NCBI GenBank assembly: GCA_049288455.1
Contig: JBAQHS010000298.1
Coordinates: 1 to 62,154, forward strand
From: Gaiellaceae bacterium
GTDB taxonomy: Bacteria; Actinomycetota; Thermoleophilia; Gaiellales; Gaiellaceae
Direction: 5' to 3'
Length of the DNA stretch: 62,154 bases
Each line of letters begins with the position of its first letter. The stretch's first letter is position 1. A program made the position numbers and the translations under genes. Positions 17,509-27,138 of the stretch are shown one piece after another. Below the pieces are notes generated by a model. That model was not told the DNA's origin, ran no database searches, and was given only the letters and a program-made list of their open reading frames with translations.

Positions 17509-18413
17509 TCGTGGCTCTCCAGACGCGACGTGATCGAGAGGAATGTTTCTTCGAGCGTTGCGCGCGCGGGCTCCAGCCGCGAGACGGCGATGCCGGCCTC
17601 CACGAGGGAGCGGTTGAGCTCCGCTGGGGTGAGCGTGCCGTCGAGCGTGACGCGCAGCGCGCCACCCTCTTCCTGGACGTGCGCATCACCGAGCACGCGG
17701 CGCGCCGACGCGAGGTCGTCGACCTCGATCAGCACCGTCGGATCGCCGGTGGCCGAGATCTCGCCGACGGAGCCCTGCACGATGATGCGGCCCTGGTCGA
17801 CGATCGCGATGTGGTCGCAGGTCTTCTCCACCTCGTCGAGCAGATGCGAGGAGAGGAACACCGTGCGCCCTTCGTCGACGAAGGCGCGGATCAGGTTGCG
17901 CATCTCGAGGATGCCGGCCGGGTCGAGCCCGTTCATCGGCTCGTCGAGGATGAGCAGCACGGGATCTGCGAGCAGGCAGCGGGCGATGCCGAGCCGCTGG
18001 CGCATTCCGAGCGAGTACGTCTTGACGCGGTCGTCGGCGCGATGGGCGAGACCCACGCGCTCGAGGGACGAGGGGATCCGCGTGTCGGCTTCGCGGTCGC
18101 GCGCCGCCGCGACGATCGTCAGGTTCTCGCGGCCCGTGAGGTGCGGGTGGAACTTCGGCTCTTCGACGATCGCGCCGACGCGGGCGAGCGCCTCCCGGCG
18201 CTTCGACGGCTGCGGCAGCCCGAGCAGCGAGATCTCGCCCGACGTGGGCTGGGTGAGACCGAGCAGCGTGCGGATCATCGTCGTCTTCCCGGCGCCGTTC
18301 GGGCCGAGGAAGCCGAACGCGACCCCGGCCGGAACGTGCAGATCGACGCCGTCGACGGCCGCGCGGCCGCCGAACTTCTTCGTCAGCGCCTTCGTCTCAA
18401 TGACCGACTCCAC
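17505..18413 (-). CDS. ABC transporter ATP-binding protein
   Basis: Start set at GTG 18413 (VESVIETKALTKKFGG), 28 nt after the upstream gene's stop; the ORF track extends to 18581. Walker A 'GPNGAGKTT', signature 'YSLGMRQRLGIARCL', Walker B 'LLILDEP'. Confidence 0.88.
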   Translation of the reverse strand: MESVIETKALTKKFGGRAAVDGVDLHVPAGVAFGFLGPNGAGKTTMIRTLLGLTQPTSGEISLLGLPQPSKRREALARVGAIVEEPKFHPHLTGRENLTIVAAARDREADTRIPSSLERVGLAHRADDRVKTYSLGMRQRLGIARCLLADPVLLILDEPMNGLDPAGILEMRNLIRAFVDEGRTVFLSSHLLDEVEKTCDHIAIVDQGRIIVQGSVGEISATGDPTVLIEVDDLASARRVLGDAHVQEEGGALRVTLDGTLTPAELNRSLVEAGIAVSRLEPARATLEETFLSITSRLESHE

Positions 18414-18441
18414 GCCCGAACGGTACGAGATCCGTCGGCGG

Positions 18442-19929
18442 TCAGCCGGAGACAACGACGGGGAAGTACGGCGGTGACAGCAGATACCCGACCCGCTGCG
18501 CACCGCTTCCCCGCGCGATCTCGAGCGCTGCGGTGAGGCTGTGCGTCGGGACGAAGCCCAGCTGACGCGCCGCTGTTGCATCCCGGCACCCGGCGATCAG
18601 CACCGCGCCGAGCCGGTGGGAGGTGGCGTCGCAGGCACTCCATTCGACGAACGGCTGCAGCGGATGGCAGGCGTGGCCGGCGCGGTAATCGGCGATCGCT
18701 CGCGTGTCCTCGACCGCGTCGCGCTCGGCGTCGCGCATCGCGCCGATGTCGCGCGCGCTGCGCTGGTCGTAGAAGAGCGCGCGGTACGGATTCTGGGTGG
18801 GGCGCGCGAACCGGCGGGGGAACGGGTGAACGAGAATCGCGGTCCCGCCGGCGTTGATCGGCGAAGCGTTGCGCCACAGCCGGAGCGCGAGCCCGAGCCC
18901 GAGATACGCCGCGCTGATCGGATTCGGACGCTCACGCGGCATGAAGGGGGTCGTCGGCGGGATGCCGATCACGAGCGCATCGACCGGCTCGTCGAGCTCC
19001 GCGCCGCGGAACACCGTCCCGCGCAACAGCGCCTCGGCGTGCGCGACCGACGGCGTGCCGCCGTACGCCGCCGCCGCGGTGAGCTCGCGGGGCAGACGCT
19101 CGAGGATCCGCTGACGGAGGCGGCCAGGGGCCACCTGGAAGAGCCGGCGCAGCCGTGAGTCGAGGATCCGCTCGATTGCCTCCTGATCCTGCGGATAGCC
19201 CATGAACGGGCCGGCGATCCGCGGCGTGTTGAGAACAAGCGACACCCCCGTCACCGCCACACGCGCGGCGACCCGCCGCTCGGTCTCGAGTGCGAGCCGC
19301 CAACCCTGCGACGCACTCGTCTCGAGCAGCGACAACGCACCGGCGGCGCGCAACGACTCGCGGCCGGTCGCGGCGAGCAGCGCGGCCGGGCCTCCGTGCA
19401 AGACGGTCTCGGCCGCGGTGACCGTGACGACGAGATCCGTTTCGATCAGTGCAGGGTTGACCCGGAGGTTGACGTTTCCGGTCTGCCCGAGCTCGACGAG
19501 ATCGTCTGCCTCAGCGTCGTGCACGATCACGCGGCCCTTGAAGCGGCGGCGGAACTCCGGTGGGACGAGCAAGCCGATCTCGCGCGGAGAGGTTCGCCTG
19601 AGCAGCCCGCCCGCGACGAGAATCGTCACCTTCGCGACCCCCAGGCGCGCGAGCTCGTCGACGACAGCCGCGATCGCAACGTGCACGGGGCCGAGAGCCG
19701 CGGCGGGAATCGGCAGCGACGGCTGCTCGATCACGACGGTCGCGGTCCCGCCGCTTCGCACGAGGTTCTCGAGCGGCTCGCCGGCGAGCGGGAATGCGAG
19801 CGCCGACGTGACTGCCGCGGTGACGTCTTGCAGCGCTTCGCGCGCAGGGGGCGGGCGAAGGATGACGTCGGCCTCGCCCGCATCCGCGACGACGATGCGC
19901 GAGTCGGACAGCAGTGGGATCCGCGGCAG
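18442..19929 (-). CDS. LarA-like (lactate racemase N-terminal domain / DUF2088) protein, divergent; start codon unresolved
   Basis: ORF track starts at GTG 19761, but the frame stays open up to TAG 19944-19942. The extra 60 codons (ALPRIPLLSDSRIVVADAGEADVILRPPPAREALQDVTAAVTSALAFPLAGEPLENL) align by eye with the N-terminus of lactate racemase LarA. The only plausible initiator there is CTG 19929. See findings. Confidence 0.6.
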   Translation of the reverse strand: MPRIPLLSDSRIVVADAGEADVILRPPPAREALQDVTAAVTSALAFPLAGEPLENLVRSGGTATVVIEQPSLPIPAAALGPVHVAIAAVVDELARLGVAKVTILVAGGLLRRTSPREIGLLVPPEFRRRFKGRVIVHDAEADDLVELGQTGNVNLRVNPALIETDLVVTVTAAETVLHGGPAALLAATGRESLRAAGALSLLETSASQGWRLALETERRVAARVAVTGVSLVLNTPRIAGPFMGYPQDQEAIERILDSRLRRLFQVAPGRLRQRILERLPRELTAAAAYGGTPSVAHAEALLRGTVFRGAELDEPVDALVIGIPPTTPFMPRERPNPISAAYLGLGLALRLWRNASPINAGGTAILVHPFPRRFARPTQNPYRALFYDQRSARDIGAMRDAERDAVEDTRAIADYRAGHACHPLQPFVEWSACDATSHRLGAVLIAGCRDATAARQLGFVPTHSLTAALEIARGSGAQRVGYLLSPPYFPVVVSG

Positions 19930-19941
19930 GGCCGGCTCTAC

Positions 19942-20571
19942 CTAACTGCGGTGCGCCGCGGCCGCGGTGATGCCGAGCGCGATGAAGATGCCGCCCGTCG
20001 CGAAGCGCCTGACCCAGGCCGCGCGCGCGCTTCGCCGCATCCGGCCGGCGAGCGCGTCGGCAAGGACGGCGTACGCGAGATCGGACAGCAGCGCGATCGC
20101 CGCGAAGAGGAGCCCGAGAATCGCGACCTGCGGCACGACCGACCGATCGCGGTCGACGAACTGCGGCAGGAACGCGAGGAAGAACAACGCGGTCTTGGGA
20201 TTGAGCACATTCACGACGACGCCTTGCCCGTAGAGCCGGCGAAGCCGCGTCTCCTGAACCTCGACCGTCGCCTCCGGCTCGTCGCGCGTGAGGATCCGCC
20301 GCACGCCGACCGCGATCAGATACGCGGCTCCGACGAGCTTGACGACCGTGAACGCCGCCGCGGACGACGCGATCAGCGCCGAGAGCCCGACGGTCGCGGC
20401 CGCGACGTGGACGAGGCCGCCGCTCGCGATTCCGAGCGCCGAGACGATGCCCGCGCGACGTCCCTTGTCGACGCTCTGGGTGACGATGTATGCGACGGCC
20501 GGCCCGGGGACGATCGCGAGTGCGATCGCCGCGAGGCTGAAGAGCGCGAGCGTCGACGCGGACGGCATCAC
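19942..20571 (-). CDS. LysE/RhtB-family amino-acid exporter
   Basis: 209 aa. 'LALFSLAAIALAIVPGPAVAYIVTQS' N-terminus and six TM segments are typical of LysE-type translocators. Confidence 0.8.
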   Translation of the reverse strand: MMPSASTLALFSLAAIALAIVPGPAVAYIVTQSVDKGRRAGIVSALGIASGGLVHVAAATVGLSALIASSAAAFTVVKLVGAAYLIAVGVRRILTRDEPEATVEVQETRLRRLYGQGVVVNVLNPKTALFFLAFLPQFVDRDRSVVPQVAILGLLFAAIALLSDLAYAVLADALAGRMRRSARAAWVRRFATGGIFIALGITAAAAHRS

Positions 20572-21464
20572 GGCACCGTCCGGTAGAGGCGCAGGAAGGT
20601 CGGCCGGAAGCCGCGGGCCGGCCAGAAGCGCGACGACAGCAGGTTGTTGGAGCGCCAGTCGGTCGTCATCGACCGGTACCCCTGTTCGTGCGCCCAGGTG
20701 AACGCCGCGGCGGTCAACGCGAGGCCGACGCCCTTCCCGCGGACATCCTCCAGGGTCGCCACGTGAGCGAGGTCGATGTTCTGCTCAGGGACTCGCAGGT
20801 CTCCGCGCGGCCGGTCGAAGAGCAACACGTGGCCGACCACCCGGCCGTCGAGCTCGGCGACTCGATGGAACGGGAACTCCTCCTCGACCCAGAGGTCGGA
20901 CCATTCCGCTTCGAACTCCTCAGTTTTGCCGACGGCGAGGCCGGAGAAGCTCGGGGGCGCAGTTTGGTGCGTCCAGAGCAAGCGGTCGAAGCGGGCGACC
21001 GACGGGAGGTCGGCCGGCGTGCTCGGCCGGATCGTGCCGCCGAAGTCGACCGCGTCGAGCGCTTCGACCTCGCGCACGGCGGTCATGAACTGGCAGCCGA
21101 ACGTCACCCTGAACCACGGGTCGATGAGTGCGGCGTCGCTCGCCGGCACCAGCACTTGGTGGTGCGAGGGCCAGTCGCCTGCGAGGTGCGCGTACACGTC
21201 GCGCAGGGCTTCAGGCTCCGCCGCCGCCGAGCCCGCGAGGCCGACTTCGGCGCGCTCCTCGCCGACCTTGGCCACGACGTAGGCGACGACCGTGCCGCCG
21301 CGGGTCGCCACCGCACCGGCTTCGGCCGGGATCTGGGCTGCGAAATCCTCGACGTCGGCCAGCAGCGGCTCGGCCGAGCGATGCCTGCGGTGCCGGTCGG
21401 CGAGGAGGGCAGCGGCGGCGTCGCGGAAGTCGTCCGAAAATGGGTGAATCTCGAGCTTCGCCAT
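20568..21464 (-). CDS. GNAT-family N-acetyltransferase (two-domain)
   Basis: Start at ATG 21464 (MAKLEIHPF); the upstream part of the ORF-track frame (to 21674) runs into polA. Acetyl-CoA loop 'VRGKGVGLALTAAAFTWAHEQGY'. Confidence 0.75.
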   Translation of the reverse strand: MAKLEIHPFSDDFRDAAAALLADRHRRHRSAEPLLADVEDFAAQIPAEAGAVATRGGTVVAYVVAKVGEERAEVGLAGSAAAEPEALRDVYAHLAGDWPSHHQVLVPASDAALIDPWFRVTFGCQFMTAVREVEALDAVDFGGTIRPSTPADLPSVARFDRLLWTHQTAPPSFSGLAVGKTEEFEAEWSDLWVEEEFPFHRVAELDGRVVGHVLLFDRPRGDLRVPEQNIDLAHVATLEDVRGKGVGLALTAAAFTWAHEQGYRSMTTDWRSNNLLSSRFWPARGFRPTFLRLYRTVP

Positions 21465-21489
21465 GGGGCTCGGACGATACCCTCGCGTT

Positions 21490-24048
21490 ATGCCGAAGAC
21501 GCTGACCGGAGCTGAGCTCGACCTCGACGACGCGCCCGCACGCGAGAGCGAGCTTTTCATCGTCGATGGCAACAACCTGGCGTATCGCGCGTTCTTCGCG
21601 TTGCCCGAAGAGCTCGCGACGACAGACGGCCAGCCGACGAACGCGCTGCTCGGCTTCACGAACATGCTCTTCAAGCTGCTCGCGGACTACCGGCCGAAGG
21701 GTGTTGCGGTCGCGTGGGACTCGCGGCCGGTGCATCGCGCGGCTGCGGCCGCGGCCGAGGATGTCGTCTACAAAGAGGGCCGGAAGCCGATGCCGGATCT
21801 CCTGCGCGAGCAGTTCCCGCACTTCCGGCCGATCGTCGAAGCCTTCGGCTACCGCAATCTCGAGTTCGAGGGCTGGGAAGCCGACGACGTGATCGCGACC
21901 CTTGCGACCCGCGCGGACAGCGAGGGGATCAAGACCTGCGTCGTCTCGACCGACCGCGACGCGTTCCAGCTCTGCAGCGAGAACATCTGCCTGATGATGA
22001 CGCCGCGCGGTGTTGCGGACGTGAACGTCTACACACCCGAACGGGTCGAGGCGCGCTACGGCGTGACGCCCGAGCAGGTGCCGGACTTCATCGGCCTGAA
22101 GGGCGACACGTCCGACAACATTCCCGGCGTTCCCGGCATCGGTGACAAGACCGCCGGGCAGCTGATCGCGCAGTACGGCTCGGTCGATGCGGTGATCGAG
22201 CACGCCTCGGAGCTCTCGCCTGCACGCGCGCGCAACATCACCGAGAACGCGGACATCGCGCGCTTGTCGAAGCAGCTCGCGACGATGCGCCGCGATCTCG
22301 ACATCGACTGCGACCCGGCACAACTCGTGCTCAATCCGCCGGATCGCGCGCAGCTGAAAGAGATCTTCCGGCGCTTCGAGTTCCGCAACCTCTTGAACCG
22401 CGTCGACGAGCTCGACGTCGCGGTCCCCTCGGCGCCGATGAAGGTGACCGGGATCGAGGTGGCGTGGCGGGAAGGTGAGCTCGATTTCCGCGGCGTCGTC
22501 GGCTACGCCGCCGACGGCGATCGAGCTGCAGTCGCAGCAGGTGCCGAGGTGGTGATCGGCCCGAGGCCGGCGAAGATCGACGGCGACCTTGTCGTGCACG
22601 ATGCGAAGAAGCTCCGCGTCGACGCGCGGGACGACACGCTGCTCGCGGCCTATCTGATCGATCCCGGCCGCGCCGCGTACGAGCTCGACGACCTTGCCGC
22701 GGAGTACGGCGTCGAGCTGGTGCCCACGCCCGCAGCCGACGAGGAGACGACTGCGCTCGTGCGTCGCGCCGAAACACCGCGCCGGTTGATCGGGCCGCTG
22801 CTCGAGCGCCTCGAGGAACGCGGCGTGACCGACCTGTACCGCTCGATCGAGCTGCCGCTGACGGCCGTGCTTGCCGACATGGAAGCGGCGGGCGTGAAGA
22901 TCGACACCTATCGGATGGGTGAGATCACCGCGCGCCTCGCCGATCGCGTCGAGGAGCTCGAAGCGCAGGCATACGAGCTTGCAGGCGAGGAGTTCATGAT
23001 CGGGTCGACCCAACAGGTCGGGCGCGTGCTCTTCGAGCAGCTCGGCCTGACCACGGGACGGAAGGGGAAGACCGGCTACTCGACCGACGCGAAGGTGCTG
23101 CGCTCGATTCGCGACGAGCACGCGATCGTGCCGGTGATCGAGGAATGGCGCGAGTACTCGAAGCTCCTGAACACCTACCTTGGGCCGCTCCCGTCGTTGC
23201 TCTCGGAACATGACGCGCGCCTGCACACGACGTTCAACCAGACCGTCGCCGCAACCGGGCGGCTGTCGACCTCCGATCCGAATCTCCAGTCGATCCCCAT
23301 TCGCACCGAGCTCGGCCGAGAGATCCGCTCGGCGTTCGTCGCCGAGGAGGGGCATCGCATCCTCTCGGCCGACTACTCGCAGATCGAGCTCCGCATCCTG
23401 GCTCACGTCTCGGGCGAGCCGAAGCTGCGCGAGGCGTTTGCGCGCGGGGAGGACATCCACACCGCGACGGCCGCAGAGGTGCTGGGGATCGAGCCCGCGA
23501 AGCTGACCTCGGGCCAGCGCTCGATTGCCAAGATGATCAACTTCGGGATCGTCTACGGGATCTCCGCGTATGGGCTCTCCGAGAATCTTGAGATCCCGCG
23601 CGACGAAGCGCAGCGCTACATCGACGCGTACCTTGCGCGCTTCCCGCACGTCCAGGATTTCATCGCGCGCACGATCGAGCAGGCAGCCGCCGACGGCTAC
23701 GTCACCTCACTGCTGGGCCGGCGCCGGCCGGTGCCCGAGATTCGCGCCTCGAACCGGCAGACGCGCGGCTTCGGCGAACGGATCGCCGTCAACTTCGTCA
23801 TGCAAGGCTCGAATGCGGACATCATCAAGGTGGCGATGATTCGAATCGCGCGCCGCCTGCGTGACGAGGGACGCGGTGCGCGCCTCGTGCTGCAGGTGCA
23901 CGACGAGCTGCTGCTCGAAGTGCCCGAGCCGGAAGTGTCGAAGGTGCGCGATCTCGTTCGCGAGGAGATGTGCGGTGCCTACGACCTCGATCCGCCGCTC
24001 GCCGTCGACGTAGGCGTCGGCGACAACTGGGCTGACGCGAAGTCGTGA
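21490..24048 (+). CDS. polA: DNA polymerase I
   Basis: 5'-nuclease 'LFIVDGNNLAYRAFFAL' and 'DNIPGVPGIGDKTA'. Polymerase motifs 'LLSADYSQIELRILAH', 'QRSIAKMINFGIVYG' and 'LQVHDELLLE'. Start at ATG 21490 (MPKTLTG). Confidence 0.95.
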   Translation: MPKTLTGAELDLDDAPARESELFIVDGNNLAYRAFFALPEELATTDGQPTNALLGFTNMLFKLLADYRPKGVAVAWDSRPVHRAAAAAAEDVVYKEGRKPMPDLLREQFPHFRPIVEAFGYRNLEFEGWEADDVIATLATRADSEGIKTCVVSTDRDAFQLCSENICLMMTPRGVADVNVYTPERVEARYGVTPEQVPDFIGLKGDTSDNIPGVPGIGDKTAGQLIAQYGSVDAVIEHASELSPARARNITENADIARLSKQLATMRRDLDIDCDPAQLVLNPPDRAQLKEIFRRFEFRNLLNRVDELDVAVPSAPMKVTGIEVAWREGELDFRGVVGYAADGDRAAVAAGAEVVIGPRPAKIDGDLVVHDAKKLRVDARDDTLLAAYLIDPGRAAYELDDLAAEYGVELVPTPAADEETTALVRRAETPRRLIGPLLERLEERGVTDLYRSIELPLTAVLADMEAAGVKIDTYRMGEITARLADRVEELEAQAYELAGEEFMIGSTQQVGRVLFEQLGLTTGRKGKTGYSTDAKVLRSIRDEHAIVPVIEEWREYSKLLNTYLGPLPSLLSEHDARLHTTFNQTVAATGRLSTSDPNLQSIPIRTELGREIRSAFVAEEGHRILSADYSQIELRILAHVSGEPKLREAFARGEDIHTATAAEVLGIEPAKLTSGQRSIAKMINFGIVYGISAYGLSENLEIPRDEAQRYIDAYLARFPHVQDFIARTIEQAAADGYVTSLLGRRRPVPEIRASNRQTRGFGERIAVNFVMQGSNADIIKVAMIRIARRLRDEGRGARLVLQVHDELLLEVPEPEVSKVRDLVREEMCGAYDLDPPLAVDVGVGDNWADAKS

Positions 24049-24470
24049 GGCTCCCGGCACGCGTCGGGCTGATCACGCTCGCCTGCCGTGACGTCGAGCG
24101 GATGGCTCAGCTCTTCCGCGACCTCGGCTGGCCGGAGACACCCGAGAGCGACGAGCACCACCGCACCTTCCAGTGCACGAACGGTGTGGTGTTCGGCCTG
24201 TACGACGCCTCGAACTACGAGCCGGCCTTCGGTCCGCCGTCGGCTGGCTTCCGCGGCTTCACGATCTCCGTCAACCTGGAGTCGTTCGCGGAGACCCAGG
24301 CGGTGTACGAGACGCTGCGCCAGATCGATGGTGTCGAACTGCTCGAGAAGCCCGCCGAGGCGTTCTGGGGCGGTGGCTTCAGCTGGCGCGATCCAGAGGG
24401 CAACATCTGGGATGTCGCATGGGCAAAGGGCACGAGCTTCGACGATCGCGGAGGCCTGATCTTCCCCTGA
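24045..24470 (+). CDS. VOC-family (glyoxalase/bleomycin-resistance fold) protein
   Basis: 141 aa. 'VGLITLACRDVERMAQLFRDLGW' and 'FSWRDPEGNIWDVAW' are beta-alpha-beta-beta-beta module hallmarks. GTGA overlap with the polA stop. Confidence 0.7.
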   Translation: MRLPARVGLITLACRDVERMAQLFRDLGWPETPESDEHHRTFQCTNGVVFGLYDASNYEPAFGPPSAGFRGFTISVNLESFAETQAVYETLRQIDGVELLEKPAEAFWGGGFSWRDPEGNIWDVAWAKGTSFDDRGGLIFP

Positions 24471-24500
24471 GTCTTTTCCTGAACGGTCGTCGTCGCGGTC

Positions 24501-26015
24501 ATGGCTATACTTCCCGGCCGCTTGGCTAGCAACGACATCATGGAGCGGGAGCCCGGGGTCTGGGTCGAAGGCCCGGACGGCGAACTGATCCCCGATTACG
24601 ACTCGACCTTCCCCGAGATCAACGAGGGGCAGGTCGTTCACGGCACCGTGGTCCGGGTCGACAAGGACGAGGTCCTGGTCGACATCGGCTACAAGTCCGA
24701 GGGCGTCATTCCCGTCTCCGAGCTTTCGATTCGACGGTCGGTCAACCCGGCCGACGAGGTGTCGATGGGCGATGAGATCGACGCGCTCGTGCTCACGAAG
24801 GAGGACGCCGAAGGGCGCCTGATCCTGTCGAAGAAGCGCGCGCGGTTCGAGCTCGCCTGGAAGAACATCGAGATGGCGGCCGAGTCCGGCGATCCGGTCA
24901 ACGGCCGCGTGATCGAAGTCGTCAAGGGCGGCTTGATCCTCGACCTCGGCGTCCGCGGGTTCCTGCCCGCCTCGCTCGTCGACATTCGCCGCGTCCAGGA
25001 TCTCGACGAGTTCCTCGGCCAGGAGTTGCGCGCGAAGGTGATCGAGCTCAATCGCTCACGCAATAACGTCGTGCTTTCACGTCGCGCCGTGCTCGAAGAA
25101 GAACGCAAGGAGCAGCGGCAGCAGATCCTCGACAAGCTTCAGCCCGGCGACGTCGTCGAAGGCCAGATTTCCAACATCGTCGATTTCGGTGCGTTCGTCG
25201 ACCTCGACGGCATGGACGGCCTCATTCACATCTCCGAGCTCTCGTGGTCGCACGTGAACCATCCGTCCGAGGTGCTCGAGATCGGCCAGGACGTTCAGGT
25301 CAAGGTGCTCGACATCGACCGCGATCGCCAGCGCATCTCGCTCGGCCTGAAGCAGACCCAGAGCGACCCGTGGCAGCAGGTGATCGAGAAGTACCACGAG
25401 GACGACGTCGTCGAAGGCCGCGTGACGAAGGTGGTCACGTTCGGCGCATTCGTCGAGATCCTCCCGGGCGTCGAAGGGCTCGTGCACATCTCCGAGCTCG
25501 CGCAGCATCACGTCGAGAACCCGCGCGAGATCGTCGCCCAGGGCCAGCCCGTGAACGTGAAGATCATCGAGGTCGACGGCGAGCGCCGCCGGCTCTCGCT
25601 CTCGCTGAAGCGTGTCGAGGAGACCGACGAGGTACAGCCCCGTGCAGACGGCGGCGAGTCGGTGCACACCGCACCGCGGCCGACGATCGACCTCTCGGAG
25701 GAAGTGTTCGCCGAGGCACCCGAGCTGGACGGCGACGAGACCGCACTCGAGTCGTCGTACGAGCTTTCCACTGCTGCCGATGAGGCTGCTGCGCCCCCGG
25801 CCGAGGCTCTTGCCGCTGACGACGCCGTCGGCACGGTTGAAGATGAAGAGGCAGCGGTTGAAGCGGCAGCGGTCGAAGAAGCACCGGTCGCAGAGGCACC
25901 GGTCGAAGAAGCCGTGGCCGAAGACGCCGCGACCGAAGACGCCGCGGAGCCGGCTGCCGACGAGGCAGACGCCGCTCCGGCACCTGAGCTCGAAGCGTCC
26001 GCCTCCGAAGAGTGA
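24501..26015 (+). CDS. rpsA: 30S ribosomal protein S1 with Ala/Glu/Asp-rich C-terminal tail
   Basis: Four S1 OB repeats ('GQVVHGTVVRVDKDEVLVDIGYKSEGVIP', 'VNGRVIEVVKGGLILDLG', 'GDVVEGQISNIVDFGAFVDL', 'DDVVEGRVTKVVTFGAFVEI'). Conserved polA-rpsA-coaE neighbourhood. Start ATG 24501 (alternative 24540). Confidence 0.92.
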   Translation: MAILPGRLASNDIMEREPGVWVEGPDGELIPDYDSTFPEINEGQVVHGTVVRVDKDEVLVDIGYKSEGVIPVSELSIRRSVNPADEVSMGDEIDALVLTKEDAEGRLILSKKRARFELAWKNIEMAAESGDPVNGRVIEVVKGGLILDLGVRGFLPASLVDIRRVQDLDEFLGQELRAKVIELNRSRNNVVLSRRAVLEEERKEQRQQILDKLQPGDVVEGQISNIVDFGAFVDLDGMDGLIHISELSWSHVNHPSEVLEIGQDVQVKVLDIDRDRQRISLGLKQTQSDPWQQVIEKYHEDDVVEGRVTKVVTFGAFVEILPGVEGLVHISELAQHHVENPREIVAQGQPVNVKIIEVDGERRRLSLSLKRVEETDEVQPRADGGESVHTAPRPTIDLSEEVFAEAPELDGDETALESSYELSTAADEAAAPPAEALAADDAVGTVEDEEAAVEAAAVEEAPVAEAPVEEAVAEDAATEDAAEPAADEADAAPAPELEASASEE

Positions 26016-26596
26016 GCTCGCCCGTAGCCGTCGCGATCACCGGCGGCATCGGGGCGGGGAAGAGCGAGGCGCTCGCGGCGTTCGCGCGCCACGGTGCCGC
26101 AACGGTGTCGAGCGACGAGATCGTCCACCATCTCCTGCGGCGCGACGACGTGAAGGCAGCGCTCGTCAGCCGGCTCGGGAACGGCATCGTCGCGCCGGGC
26201 GGTGAGATCGACCGCGGAGCTCTCGGCACTGTCGTCTTCAACGACCCCGATGCACTGCAGTGGCTCGAGTCGCTGCTGCACCCGCTCGTCTCTGCGGAAT
26301 ACCTGCAATGGCGGGCCGACGTCGCCGCGCTTCCGAACGCGCCCTCGGTGACCGTCACCGAGGTGCCGCTTCTGTACGAGACCGGCGGCCAGGAACGATT
26401 CGACAAGGTCGTGGTCATCACCGCGCCCACCAAGCTCCGCCGCGCGCGTTCGGTCGTGGCGACCGAAGATCGCGAAGGCCGCTTCTTGCCAGACTCCGAA
26501 AAGGTGAAGCTCGCCGACTACACGTACAAGAACATCGGCTCGATCGAGGAGTTGGATGCGTTCGTGGCGTCGGTCATGAGCGATCTCTCGCCGTGA
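26012..26596 (+). CDS. coaE: Dephospho-CoA kinase
   Basis: 'VAITGGIGAGKSEAL' P-loop, 'PLLYETG', about 190 aa. GTGA overlap with the rpsA stop. Confidence 0.88.
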   Translation: MSSPVAVAITGGIGAGKSEALAAFARHGAATVSSDEIVHHLLRRDDVKAALVSRLGNGIVAPGGEIDRGALGTVVFNDPDALQWLESLLHPLVSAEYLQWRADVAALPNAPSVTVTEVPLLYETGGQERFDKVVVITAPTKLRRARSVVATEDREGRFLPDSEKVKLADYTYKNIGSIEELDAFVASVMSDLSP

Positions 26597-27138
26597 GACG
26601 CATTCTCTTTGTCGGCGTTCTCGCGCTCATCGCGGCTGGCGCGTTCTTCGTCGTCAACGAGACGAGCCCGCCATGGTATGAGCGCATTCGGTATCCGCTG
26701 CGCTACTCGGAGTTCATCCGCGTGCACGCCCGCGAGCATGGCCTCGATCCGGCCCTCGTTGCCGCCGTTGTCTACCAGGAGTCGAAGTTCAACACGCGCG
26801 CGAAGTCGGGTTCGGGCGCGATCGGGCTGATGCAGTTGACACCAGAGACCGCGCACGGCATCGCGATCCGCACGCACGGAAGCGCGTTCCACACGCAGGA
26901 TCTCTACGACGCCGAGATCAACATTCGCTACGGCGCGTGGTACCTGAAGAATCTCTTCGACAAGTACGGCAGCGAACGGCTCGTGCTCGCCGCGTACAAC
27001 GCGGGCCAGGGGAACGTCGACCGCTGGCGCGCGAAGGGCGAGCCGATTCAGTTTGCCGAGACCAGGGCGTACGTCAAACGCGTCGAGGATCTGAAGGCGA
27101 TCTACCATCACGCCTGGCACTCAAAGCTGTACCAGTAG
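26593..27138 (+). CDS. Lytic transglycosylase (SLT domain) membrane-anchored protein
   Basis: Start GTG 26593 (GTGA overlap). N-terminal TM 'ILFVGVLALIAAGAFFVV'. SLT motifs 'VVYQESKFN', 'GAIGLMQLTPETA' and 'AAYNAGQGNV'. Confidence 0.85.
   Translation: MRRILFVGVLALIAAGAFFVVNETSPPWYERIRYPLRYSEFIRVHAREHGLDPALVAAVVYQESKFNTRAKSGSGAIGLMQLTPETAHGIAIRTHGSAFHTQDLYDAEINIRYGAWYLKNLFDKYGSERLVLAAYNAGQGNVDRWRAKGEPIQFAETRAYVKRVEDLKAIYHHAWHSKLYQ

Noticed and set aside
19942-19944. The in-frame TAG between LysE and the LarA-like ORF could be a read-through or pyrrolysine codon, which is tempting because an MttB-family gene is in the window.
   Set aside because: The window contains no pylT/pylS/pylBCD. The MttB homologue itself has no internal TAG. 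LysE ends at a normal C-terminus. The LarA homology begins only after the TAG, so independent (probably CTG) initiation is the simpler reading.
21211-23649. Very long antisense ORFs: 21211-23649 (812 aa), 2253-3983 (576 aa), 5033-6619 (528 aa), 38874-40931 (685 aa), 41026-42879 (617 aa), 54697-56211 (504 aa), 42933-44045 and others.
   Set aside because: Each lies opposite a gene with unmistakable family motifs (polA, RACo, mttB, ABC exporters, gap and others). Their translations are Arg/Asp/Pro/Gly-rich low-complexity strings typical of stop-poor shadow frames in about 70% GC DNA. None shows a recognisable domain.
25740-26015. The Ala/Glu/Asp/Pro-rich repetitive stretch (AVEAAAVEEAPVAEAPVEEAVAEDAATEDAAEPAADEADAAPAPELEA) could be a tandem repeat or a separate gene.
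   Set aside because: It is the in-frame acidic C-terminal tail of ribosomal protein S1. The repeats are imperfect and at the amino-acid composition level only.
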